Shown: one piece after another, positions 8,609 to 17,347 of the stretch
How the letters are laid out: each line of letters starts with the position of its first letter
How positions within the stretch are numbered: the stretch's first letter is position 1
Virus record (IMG/VR): IMGVR_UViG_2882234885_000002
Strand: one strand, 5' to 3'
Length of the DNA stretch: 64,000 bases
Source of the DNA: an uncultured virus (IMG/VR IMGVR_UViG_2882234885_000002)
Lineage: Duplodnaviria > Heunggongvirae > Uroviricota > Caudoviricetes
Position numbers and translations under genes: made by a program
Notes under the pieces: model-generated
What the model saw: the letters and a program-made list of their open reading frames with translations, nothing else
Database searches by the model: none
Told to the model about the DNA's origin: nothing

Positions 8609-11600
8609 GATACTGCACACCGGCGACATTCACCTGGGGGACCTGGCAGGCCCCACCAGGGGCGGCGCAAATCTGCGCCGCCAAGACACCTTGCGGTGCA
8701 TGGACGCCATCGTGAACAAGGCCCGGACGGAGGGGCCGACCGTGACCATCATCGCGGGCGATCTCTTCAATCGGTCCCGCGTGTGGGCCGACACCGCCCT
8801 GGATGACGTCAACGACGCCATTTCCCGCTTCATCGTCCCCCTGTGCGAGTACAGCGACGCGGTGGTGCTGCTGTTCGGCACGATGAACCATGATAACCCC
8901 CGCGCCTTTGAGGTTATCCGCAAGGCGACGCCCGACCTCAAGAACCTATACATTTACACCGAGCCGAGGGTGGAACGTCTGGTGACATCGGAGGGGCCGG
9001 TCCAGATTATGGCCGTCCCCGGCTTCGACAAGGCGCGGCTGCGCCTCTTCTGCCCCGGCGCCGACAAGGAGACGGAGAACCGGAACGCCACCGCCCTTGT
9101 CAACGACATCATCCTGGGGCTGGCTACGGAGCTGGACAGGAGCCTCCCCTCCATTCTCACGGCTCACTACACGGTAAGCGGGAGCGAGGCAGACAACGGC
9201 AGCACGTTCCTTGCTGGACAGGATGTGGTGGTCCTCCCGGCTACCATCGACGCGGCGGGCGTGGACCTGGCCTGCTTCGGCCACATCCACAAGCCCCAGC
9301 GTCTCAGCTCCACCACACCGGCCTACTACTGCGGGAGCGTGAACCAGCTCACTTTCAACGATGAGGGGACCGCTCACGGCTTCTGGCTGCACCAGCTTTC
9401 AGACGGGGACCGGAGCGTTGTCTCGGAGTTCCAGCGCACCCCGGAGCGAGTACACCGGACGGTGACGATGAAGCAGCAGGACGTGGCAGACTTCATCTCC
9501 AGCGGCACCCTCAATCCTGGGGACGTGGAGGGGCGCGTGGTCCGGGTCCGGTATTCCTGCACACTGGAGCAGGAAAAAGCCTTTAACCGGGCCGAGCTGC
9601 AAAAGCGCCTGATGGACGCTGGCGCGTTTTATGTGGCCGAGATTATCCCGGATGACGTGGAGGCCCTGGACGCCAAGGACCAGCTCACGGAGCACGACGG
9701 CCCCGCCGAGTGCCTGTCACGCTGGCTGGAGACCAACGACATCACAGGCGAGAAAGCGGCCCGCCTCATGGAGCTGGCCGCGCCGATCATCAAGCAGGCC
9801 GACGATGGACGCGAGGACAGCAAACACGCTGGAGCATTTATGCCCCGGACGATTGAGGTCAAGAACTACCGGAGCTACACGGAGGCGGCCTTTGACTTCT
9901 CCCCGGTACACATGGCAATGGTGAACGGCCAGAACGGTGTCGGCAAGTCCTCCCTCTTCATGGACGCCATCGCGGACTGCCTCTATGAGCAGACCCGGAA
10001 AGAGGACATCGGCGGCTGGGTCCGCGACGGGACGAAGAGCGGCAGCATCACCTTTACCTTTGCCCTGGGCGGGCAGGACTACCGGGTCATCCGCACCAGG
10101 ACCAAGAGCGGGCGCGGTACCCTGGCCCTCCAGCGGTGGAACCCGGAGGGGGACGCCTGGGCAGATGAGAGCGACACCACCATGAAACTGACCCAGGCCC
10201 GCATTGAGCGGCTGCTCGGTATGGACTGCAACACCTTTTGCAGTATCGCCCTCATCCGGCAGGACGCCTACGGCCTCTTCCTGGACGCCGACAGCGACCG
10301 GCGCATGGAGGTCCTGTCCGCGCTCCTGGGCCTGGACATCTACGGCAGGATGGGGGACATCGCCAAGGCGTCCGCTACGGAGCAGCGCCGCGCCATCGCC
10401 GCCCTCAAGGAGCGCATCAACGTCCTGGGCGAGCAGATCAGCGAAAAGGATGAGTTGCTGGATGAGGACATGGTGCTGTCCGAAGAGATGGACGAAGCTG
10501 TCCATGACGTAGCATCCGGCGAGGCGGACATCCGGGCGCTGGAGAGTGCCGAGGCCCTGCTTGCCGAAGTGATACGGCAGGCCGAGGACAAGGACGCCCA
10601 GGCCAAGGAATATGACCGGGAGCGCGACAGAAAGGCCCTGGAGCTGGAGAAGCTGGAGGGCCAATACCAGGACGCCCGCCACCTTGCAAACGGCCTCAGA
10701 GACGCCCAGGACGCCGCTGAGAGGGTCAAGGCGGCACGGGCCAAACTCCAGGACCTCTCCCCCAAGGTGGACCGGGACAAGGAGCTGCTGAAAGAGCTGG
10801 CCCGCCTCCGGGAAGCAATCGGCAAGGCGGAGCTGGACGCGGAGGCGGCCCGGAGAAAGCTCCGGCAGTATCAGGACATCATCGGCAGAAAGCCAGACGT
10901 GGAGGCGGCCCAGGCCGCGCTTGACGCCCTGGCCCCGGCGAAAGCGGAGGCTCAGGAGCGGCTTGCCAAGTCCTTTGAGACCACCAAGGCGCTGCTGGCC
11001 GCACGGGAGGCCAAGGACAAGCACCTGGCAGACAGCCGGGTCCGCATCGGGGAGCTGCAATCCCGCCTTGCGGCGGCCCAGGCGGAGGCCGGGAAGCTGG
11101 CCGACAGCGGTTGCCCCGTGCCGGAGACCGCTACTTGCAAGTTCCTGGTGTCCGCTGTGGCGGCTCAGGCCGCCATCCCGGAGCTGTCCTACTCCCTGGA
11201 GACCATGAAAGCGGAGGACCGCGCCCGGTATGAAGAGCTGACGAAAGCCTATGAAGAGGCCCTGGCAGCGCATGAGGCCCTGGGCAATCCGTCGGGGGAC
11301 CTAGCAGAGCTGGAGGCCAAGGAGCATACCTACCGGACCATGACCGCCATCGCGCCGCAGATCGCGGCGGCGGAAGCGAAGCTGGAGGAAATCACCGCCT
11401 CCATCCAGACCGCCGAGCAGACCGCCCAGGACGCCAAGGAGCGGACTGTGGAGATTGACGCGGAGCGGGCGGCCCTGGGGCTGGCGGTCATCGAGTACCA
11501 GGCCGCGCAGAAGAGCATCGAAGACGATGAACCCATCGCCGGACATCTGGCCGACTGCCAAGCGGCCGGCGCGACCGCCGACGCCCTGGAGCCGCAGCTT

Positions 11601-12386
11601 GAGCGCCTGCGCCTGGAGATTGCAGAGCTGACCCGGAAAGTCATCACCGCGCACCAGGAGGCCGAGGACATCCGGCAGCGAGCACCGAAAGCGCCTGGGG
11701 ACGTTAAGGGCCTGCGGGCCGTCCTGGAGAGCCGCCGGAAGAGCCTCACCGAATTTGCCACCCAGCGCGGGGTCATCAAGGCCAAGCTGGAGGCGATCTC
11801 CGAGGCCGAAGCTCAGACGGCAAAGCTCCGGCGGGACATCGAGGACGCGGCGGCCACCCTGAATGACTACACGGTGCTCACTCAAGCCTTTGGCCTGGAC
11901 GGTATTCAGTACATGATTATCCGGGGCGTAGTCCCGGAGATTATGAGGCAGAGCAACGACATCCTGGCCGCCATGACCGGCGGGCGCATGGCCGTTGACA
12001 TCCGCACCGAGCGCGAGCAGAAGAGCACGAAAACGGTAGTCAACAGCCTGGAGGTCTGGATTAACACCATCACCGGCGGGAACCGGCCCTATCAGTCCCA
12101 CAGCGGCGGCGAAAAGGTCAAGATTGCCCTGGCCGTCACCCTGGGCCTGGCCGACGTCAAGGCACGGCGGGCGGGCGTCCAGCTCGGTATGCTCTTCATC
12201 GACGAGCCGCCCTTCCTGGACGCGGACGGGACGGAGGCTTACGCGGACGCGCTGGTGAACATGGCGGCCAGAAACCCCAATATGCGGATTTTGGCTATCT
12301 CCCATGACCCGACCATGAAAGCGCGGTTCAGTCAAAATATCATCGTGACCGGCGGCGAAGACGGTAGCTCTGTAACGATGGAGTGA
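8601..12386 (+). CDS. Fused SbcD (Mre11-like nuclease)-SbcC (Rad50-like ATPase)
   Basis: LHTGDIHLG, AGDLF, NHD and GHIH phosphoesterase motifs; Walker A GQNGVGKS; coiled coil with CPVPETATC; SGGE signature; LFIDEP Walker B; ISHD. Confidence 0.9.
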   Translation: MIKILHTGDIHLGDLAGPTRGGANLRRQDTLRCMDAIVNKARTEGPTVTIIAGDLFNRSRVWADTALDDVNDAISRFIVPLCEYSDAVVLLFGTMNHDNPRAFEVIRKATPDLKNLYIYTEPRVERLVTSEGPVQIMAVPGFDKARLRLFCPGADKETENRNATALVNDIILGLATELDRSLPSILTAHYTVSGSEADNGSTFLAGQDVVVLPATIDAAGVDLACFGHIHKPQRLSSTTPAYYCGSVNQLTFNDEGTAHGFWLHQLSDGDRSVVSEFQRTPERVHRTVTMKQQDVADFISSGTLNPGDVEGRVVRVRYSCTLEQEKAFNRAELQKRLMDAGAFYVAEIIPDDVEALDAKDQLTEHDGPAECLSRWLETNDITGEKAARLMELAAPIIKQADDGREDSKHAGAFMPRTIEVKNYRSYTEAAFDFSPVHMAMVNGQNGVGKSSLFMDAIADCLYEQTRKEDIGGWVRDGTKSGSITFTFALGGQDYRVIRTRTKSGRGTLALQRWNPEGDAWADESDTTMKLTQARIERLLGMDCNTFCSIALIRQDAYGLFLDADSDRRMEVLSALLGLDIYGRMGDIAKASATEQRRAIAALKERINVLGEQISEKDELLDEDMVLSEEMDEAVHDVASGEADIRALESAEALLAEVIRQAEDKDAQAKEYDRERDRKALELEKLEGQYQDARHLANGLRDAQDAAERVKAARAKLQDLSPKVDRDKELLKELARLREAIGKAELDAEAARRKLRQYQDIIGRKPDVEAAQAALDALAPAKAEAQERLAKSFETTKALLAAREAKDKHLADSRVRIGELQSRLAAAQAEAGKLADSGCPVPETATCKFLVSAVAAQAAIPELSYSLETMKAEDRARYEELTKAYEEALAAHEALGNPSGDLAELEAKEHTYRTMTAIAPQIAAAEAKLEEITASIQTAEQTAQDAKERTVEIDAERAALGLAVIEYQAAQKSIEDDEPIAGHLADCQAAGATADALEPQLERLRLEIAELTRKVITAHQEAEDIRQRAPKAPGDVKGLRAVLESRRKSLTEFATQRGVIKAKLEAISEAEAQTAKLRRDIEDAAATLNDYTVLTQAFGLDGIQYMIIRGVVPEIMRQSNDILAAMTGGRMAVDIRTEREQKSTKTVVNSLEVWINTITGGNRPYQSHSGGEKVKIALAVTLGLADVKARRAGVQLGMLFIDEPPFLDADGTEAYADALVNMAARNPNMRILAISHDPTMKARFSQNIIVTGGEDGSSVTME

Positions 12387-12434
12387 AACCCATGAGGCCG
12401 GGCGGCCTCAAATCCACGGAAAGGAGGGGTCCGC

Positions 12435-13145
12435 CTGAGGTACATCATGGAGCACCGAGCTTTCGCCAACCGCATGAGGCGGACCCCTCTATCCATGGCC
12501 GCGCAGCTCCTATGGTACAAGCTGATGGATTTAGCCAATAGCCTGCGTTGGCCGGAGCACTTCGCATTGGACAACAGTAGGCTATGCACGATGATAAACA
12601 CCACGGCAAAACGAACTGCCATATCCGCCCGACAGGAGCTTATAGACGGCGGTTATCTGGACTTCACCCCTGGCATCAAGGGGCGGCCCAGCACCTACCA
12701 TCTCCGCTCAGTGGAAGAGATGGAGGGCTGGCAGCCGCCCCCGGATGACCTGGAGGGAGACTTCCTGGCAGAGTTCAAAGAGGACCCGACAAGCTATTTC
12801 GGCTACACGGAGGCCCTGGGGGTGGAGCTTGCGGAGACAACCGCCCACCTGTGGGCAGAGTTCTTTCCAGGCAAGACCCCTGGACCATACGATGAGAAGC
12901 GGACGTTCTTCCAGATCATGGTCCAGTACCATGATGAGGAAACAGATGAGTGGTCTATATCGTTCCCGGAGGAAAACAAGGAGCTGCTGGGCTACGCCTT
13001 TGAACAGGGCCGGAAGCGCGGGAAGCTCTTTTGGGGGTACATTGAGAGCGTCATGCGAAATCTTAGGGACTGTGGCATTAAAACCGTAGAGGAAGCCTAC
13101 GAGAACGAAGAAAAATTCTATGAACGGAGAGGATGGAACAAGTGA
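12435..13145 (+). CDS. Phage replication initiator (HTH + DnaD-like C-terminus)
   Basis: LLWYKLMDLAN...ARQELIDGGYLDF...STYHL; C-terminal WGYIESVMRNLRDCGIKTVEE; the AAGGAGG RBS fits an in-frame CTG at 12435 (first ATG is 12447). Confidence 0.7.
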   Translation: MRYIMEHRAFANRMRRTPLSMAAQLLWYKLMDLANSLRWPEHFALDNSRLCTMINTTAKRTAISARQELIDGGYLDFTPGIKGRPSTYHLRSVEEMEGWQPPPDDLEGDFLAEFKEDPTSYFGYTEALGVELAETTAHLWAEFFPGKTPGPYDEKRTFFQIMVQYHDEETDEWSISFPEENKELLGYAFEQGRKRGKLFWGYIESVMRNLRDCGIKTVEEAYENEEKFYERRGWNK

Positions 13146-13723
13146 AAGAACGGACGATAACCCTTGCCTGCGGCGCCCTGTGCGCCCTGGTGTTCGTGAG
13201 TGCCCTGTTTACGCCGGGGCAGGCCAGAGGCGCGGCCTTTGATGAGCAAGAGGACACGGCGGCGCATCCGGTCCAGGTATTGGACCCGACGCCTACCCTC
13301 ACCGCATCGCCGGTCCCCACTGTCTCGCCCTATTTCGGCTGGACCGAGGAAGAGGTTGAGATGCTGGCCTGCGCGATCTACCAGGAGGCGGGCGGTGACG
13401 CCTGCTGCGACCTGTGCCGCCATCGTGTGGGCGATGTCATCCTGAACCGGATGGAGGATGACCGCTTCCCGGACACCGTGGAGGAAGTGCTCACGGCCTA
13501 CCGGCAGTACGGGCGCTTCTACTGGACCGGCGTAGTGTGGCCGGACCGGGCTGAAAACCCTGGAGAGGCCCACGCCGTTGCGCGGGCCTGGGAGACCGCA
13601 CGGGACGTCCTGAGCGGCGAACACTCGGACCTTTACGGGCAGGGGTACATCTACCAGGCCGAATTTGAACAGGGAGCCGACGTCATCTGCTGCGAGGACT
13701 GCGGCATCTACTTTGGGAGGTAG
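13142..13723 (+). CDS. SleB-like cell wall hydrolase (Hydrolase_2) with signal peptide
   Basis: LACAIYQEAGG...VGDVILNRMEDDRFPDTVEEVL...QY; hydrophobic N-terminus. Confidence 0.8.
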   Translation: MKERTITLACGALCALVFVSALFTPGQARGAAFDEQEDTAAHPVQVLDPTPTLTASPVPTVSPYFGWTEEEVEMLACAIYQEAGGDACCDLCRHRVGDVILNRMEDDRFPDTVEEVLTAYRQYGRFYWTGVVWPDRAENPGEAHAVARAWETARDVLSGEHSDLYGQGYIYQAEFEQGADVICCEDCGIYFGR

Positions 13724-13726
13724 ACG

Positions 13727-14351
13727 GTGAGCGAGAAGAAAATCATCCTCGACCTATGCGGAGGTTCCGGTAGCTGGTCGAGGCCGTATGTAGCGGGGGG
13801 GGGGGTACGACGTTAGAAACATAACCCTACCGGACTATGATGTACTGACTTACGAACCGCCCCAAAAAGTCCACGGCGTTCTTGCGGCCCCTCCATGCAC
13901 GGAGTTTTCGGTCTTGAACTGCAAGGCAGAGGCGCGGGCGCGGAACCCGGAAGAGGGCCTGAAAGTCGTGATGGCCTGTCTGAGAATTATTGAAAAGTGC
14001 CGTCCTGAATGGTGGGCCATGGAAAACCCCGTTGGACATCTGCGGGAATACATGGGGCCGTCTACAATGATTTTCCAGCCATGGGAGTACGGAGACCCCT
14101 GGACCAAGAGAACCGAGCTTTGGGGTACATTCACCCCGCCGAAAAAGCTATATGAGCGGTGGGAGGACGTACCTGACAAGCTGCCCCTATACACAAGGCC
14201 GGGAAGAGGGAAACCAAATTTTGCATACCTACACAAATCGGCTCAGTCCCTTATCCCTCAGCTTGCGTGGGCCAAACCGAAAAGCGATGCCGATTTCAGA
14301 GCCATCACCCCGCCTGGATTCGCTCAGGCGTTTTACGAGGCGAACCCATGA
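13727..14351 (+). pseudogene. C5-cytosine DNA methyltransferase-like gene frameshifted at a G11 tract (13795-13805)
   Basis: ILDLCGGSGSW (motif I) lies in one frame; APPCTEFS (motif IV) and WAMENPVG (motif VI) lie in the +1 frame; removing one G restores a single ORF. Confidence 0.8.
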
Positions 14352-14362
14352 AAGGAGACGCC

Positions 14363-14545
14363 ATGCAGAAAACATATCCACGCCGATGCAATATCTTCAA
14401 CTGCGACCGGCGGCACGGTAACATCTGCTGCGCCGATTGCGGCTACCGGGATAAGAACTGCAAGAACCCCTGCTTGAACCACCCGACCCGGTGCGGACAG
14501 GTCAAGCCGCCACAGACAGCCCACGGCCAGAAGCCGGGGAAATAA
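14363..14545 (+). CDS. Small Cys-rich protein
   Basis: AAAGGAG RBS; CNIFNC...CCADC...C..PC. Confidence 0.55.
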   Translation: MQKTYPRRCNIFNCDRRHGNICCADCGYRDKNCKNPCLNHPTRCGQVKPPQTAHGQKPGK

Positions 14546-14564
14546 AAATCAGGAGGAATTTACC

Positions 14565-15479
14565 ATGCAAGAGCAAAAGAGGACTTTCAAGTACGGAGAC
14601 GTGTTCCACGTGGCCGGTCTGGACTGGATTGTGCTGCGGACCACCCCGGCGCCGACGCCGGACTGTTCCGATCTCCACTTCTGCGAGGCCACCGAAGACG
14701 TCTTCCAGGCCCCCTTTGATGAGAACGACTGCAACGACTGGAACAAGGCGAGCCTGCGGAAGCAGCTCAACGGCGAGTTCCTGGATAAGCTCATCGCTGA
14801 ATGCCCCGGCCTGAAAGACGCCATCGTCCCCACCTACCGCGACCTGACCGCCGATGACGGCCTCCGGGACTACGGAAACTGTCTGGACAAGGTAACGATG
14901 CTCACCGCCGAAGAGTACCGGCAGACCCGCGATCTGCACCCCGCGCCGGAGCATTGGCGCTGGCTCATCACGCCGGACGGGACCCCGAAGAGTTCCGGGA
15001 CCTCTTTCGTGCGCTACGTGCACTCGGACGGGAGCCTCAACAGCGCCCGCGCGTACGACGGCCACAGGGGTGTGCGCCCGGCTTTAACTCTGAAATCTGA
15101 CATCTTGGCATCTATCCTCGACGCCGAGGACAAGAAGAGAGCGGCGGAAATCCGGCCCGCCGACGGTCCTCAGCCTGGGGTGGATGAGACGCCGGAGCAA
15201 GCGGAAATGGCCCTCTATGAGCAGGCCGTGGAGCAGTTCGGGGAGAGCGCTCAAATCCTCATGGCGGTGGAAGAGATGAGCGAGCTGCAAAAGGCCCTAC
15301 TCAAGTATCTGCGCTTCAAGGACCATGAGCAGGGCGATGAGGCGGAAATCCTGGCGGCGATCTCCGAAGAGAGGGCCGACGTGGAAATCATGCTGAACCA
15401 GCTCCACGTCATCTTCGGTGACAACACCGACATGGAGATTGCCAAGCTGGAGCACCTTTGTGAGCTGCTGGGTGAATGA
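14565..15479 (+). CDS. DGR target 2: CLec-like (DUF6273-like) variable domain fused to a MazG-like NTP pyrophosphohydrolase domain
   Basis: SLRKQLN...DKVTMLTAEEY...WRWLITP...GVRPAL; contains VR2; C-terminal QILMAVEEMSELQKAL...ISEERADVEIMLNQL. Confidence 0.85.
   Translation: MQEQKRTFKYGDVFHVAGLDWIVLRTTPAPTPDCSDLHFCEATEDVFQAPFDENDCNDWNKASLRKQLNGEFLDKLIAECPGLKDAIVPTYRDLTADDGLRDYGNCLDKVTMLTAEEYRQTRDLHPAPEHWRWLITPDGTPKSSGTSFVRYVHSDGSLNSARAYDGHRGVRPALTLKSDILASILDAEDKKRAAEIRPADGPQPGVDETPEQAEMALYEQAVEQFGESAQILMAVEEMSELQKALLKYLRFKDHEQGDEAEILAAISEERADVEIMLNQLHVIFGDNTDMEIAKLEHLCELLGE
15008..15084 (+). repeat. DGR variable region VR2
   Basis: 77 bp aligned to TR 45490-45566; 8 mismatches, all at TR adenines. 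Confidence 0.95.
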
Positions 15480-15637
15480 CGATGCTGCTGTTTACGTGGA
15501 CCCTCTTCATCCTGATTACATTCACTGGCTTTTGCTACGCCTTTGGGGGCAAGACCATGAATGACCGGAGCAACGGCGCAAAGGTTACATCTGCGGGTAT
15601 GCTGGCCCTGTCTATTCTAATCGCGTTTGGAGTGTAG
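15476..15637 (+). CDS. Small two-TM membrane protein
   Basis: MTMLLFTWTLFILITF...MLALSILIAFGV read by hand; overlaps the previous stop codon. Confidence 0.5.
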   Translation: MTMLLFTWTLFILITFTGFCYAFGGKTMNDRSNGAKVTSAGMLALSILIAFGV

Positions 15638-15640
15638 CCT

Positions 15641-15994
15641 ATGCACGATGAAGTGTTCACCATCCCCGCCCGCCGGTGCAAGCGGTGTGGAGGTCTGCTG
15701 ACATCCTCCCAGGGCTTGCGGGATGGGTACGGTCCCTGTTGCCTGCGGAAGATAAAGCAGGAAGAGGCCGACCGGAAGATGATGGAGAACCAATGCAGCC
15801 TATTTGACATTGTGAAGCCGGGCGGCGGCGAGGCCGAAACTGAGAAAGGGCCGCTGAACGGGAAGTGCATCACGGGGAAAAGCCCGACCGGGCATTGTGG
15901 GGCCGCCGCCTACTGCTCGGAGCCATACGATTGCTGCGCCTCCTGTTCCTCTGACTGCAATATGCGGTGCGGCTGGCTCAGGGAAAGGAAATAA
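15641..15994 (+). CDS. DUF6011-like zinc-finger protein
   Basis: RCKRCGGLLTS..GLRDGYGPCC motif. Confidence 0.65.
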   Translation: MHDEVFTIPARRCKRCGGLLTSSQGLRDGYGPCCLRKIKQEEADRKMMENQCSLFDIVKPGGGEAETEKGPLNGKCITGKSPTGHCGAAAYCSEPYDCCASCSSDCNMRCGWLRERK

Positions 15995-16001
15995 CTGACC
16001 T

Positions 16002-16829
16002 ATGAATATTCACAAGACCGACATTGAGTGGTGCAGCCACACATGGAACCCTGTAACGGGGTGTAAGCACGGGTGCGAATACTGCTACGCCCGGCGCATG
16101 GTGTCCAGGTTTGGCCCGCACCCCTGCGAGCGGCCCATCATTGAGCCGCTGGAGGTACTGCCCAAGGGGACCGGGTGCTACTACGTGGAGCAGCCTACCA
16201 AGCTCTGCGACGAAAACGGGGAGCCTGTGCGCTCCACCCCGTACCCCAAGGGCTTTGCCCCCACCTATCACGCCTACACCATGGACTATCCTGAGAAGCG
16301 GAAGACGCCTGCGCGGATATTCGTCTCCAGCATGGGAGACCTGTTTGGGGAGTGGGTGCCGGACATCTGGATTGAGGATGTCTTCGCTGCCTGCAAGCGA
16401 GCGCCGCAGCATACCTACCTGTTCCTCACCAAGAACCCGCAGAGGTATCTTGACATGGGCCATGCCGGGAAGCTCCCCATGGAGCGGAACTTCTGGTACG
16501 GGACCACGATCACCGGCCCTGAGACGGAATACTTTGGAGCTTCCTGCGTCAACACGTTCCTGAGCATCGAGCCGCTGCTGGAGCCGTTCAGCGCGGATGA
16601 CTGCGCCGGTTTCCGGCGGCTCGGTGAGCCTCTTTGGGTCATCATCGGAGCCATGACCGGACCGGGGAGCAAGCGAAAGCAGCCGAAGCGGGAATGGGTA
16701 GCGGCCATCACGGAAGTTGCTCAGTCTGCCGGGGTCCCCGTCTTTATGAAAAACAGTCTGAAAGACCTGTGGGGCGGCCCTCTCATTCAGGAGTACCCCG
16801 AGGGTATGGTGCGGGTAGACGGAGAATAA
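16002..16829 (+). CDS. DUF5131 (phage Gp37/Gp68) radical-SAM-like protein
   Basis: TDIEWC..TWNPVTGCKHGCEYCYA, IFVSSMGDLF, LTKNP, FLSIEPLL. Confidence 0.9.
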   Translation: MNIHKTDIEWCSHTWNPVTGCKHGCEYCYARRMVSRFGPHPCERPIIEPLEVLPKGTGCYYVEQPTKLCDENGEPVRSTPYPKGFAPTYHAYTMDYPEKRKTPARIFVSSMGDLFGEWVPDIWIEDVFAACKRAPQHTYLFLTKNPQRYLDMGHAGKLPMERNFWYGTTITGPETEYFGASCVNTFLSIEPLLEPFSADDCAGFRRLGEPLWVIIGAMTGPGSKRKQPKREWVAAITEVAQSAGVPVFMKNSLKDLWGGPLIQEYPEGMVRVDGE

Positions 16830-16844
16830 CTGGAGGGAGAACTA

Positions 16845-17141
16845 TTGAAGAAGCGAAGCTGCCGGAGGACCGGCTTTGAACAGGAGCAGCACGACCGGGC
16901 AATCCGGGTGCGGAAGATGACCGACGCTCAGCTCTGTGCCTACCTGGATGAGCTGGAGGCCCGCAACCAGCCCATCGTCATCTCGCAGGATGAGCTTGAG
17001 AAAGTCATCAACGGCTTTATTGACAGCCTGGCTACCAGGAGCGACACCGGCCTGCGGGTCAGCGACGCCACCATCCGCAAAATCCGGGCCATGGCCGTTG
17101 AAAATGGCTACCTCCGGCCTACTGGCGGAGGCGAGGCATGA
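16845..17141 (+). CDS. Hypothetical phage protein
   Basis: GGAGG RBS, TTG start. Confidence 0.6.
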   Translation: MKKRSCRRTGFEQEQHDRAIRVRKMTDAQLCAYLDELEARNQPIVISQDELEKVINGFIDSLATRSDTGLRVSDATIRKIRAMAVENGYLRPTGGGEA

Positions 17142-17329
17142 GCGAGCACCGAAAGAAAATCACCATCCGCGTATCGTCGCAGACAGCCTACCACCTGGAG
17201 GCCGAGGCTGAGCGCCTGGGCATATCCCCTGGGCGCGTGGTGGATGAGCTGATGAGGGCGGCCAAATTCTGTGGAGAAGTGTGTGGAATTTGTGGAAAAC
17301 ACCACAAAAAGCAAACAAATAAGCCTTAA
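17138..17329 (+). CDS. Ribbon-helix-helix-like small protein
   Basis: KITIRVSSQTAYHLEAEAERLGISPGRVVDELM. Confidence 0.55.
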   Translation: MSEHRKKITIRVSSQTAYHLEAEAERLGISPGRVVDELMRAAKFCGEVCGICGKHHKKQTNKP

Positions 17330-17347
17330 AAGTTAGGAGAGTAGACA

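Noticed and set aside
17269..17300. TGTGGA(G/A)AA DnaA-box-like cluster
   Set aside because: It lies within a small ORF encoding CGEVCGICGK, and there is no accompanying iteron array; too weak to call an origin
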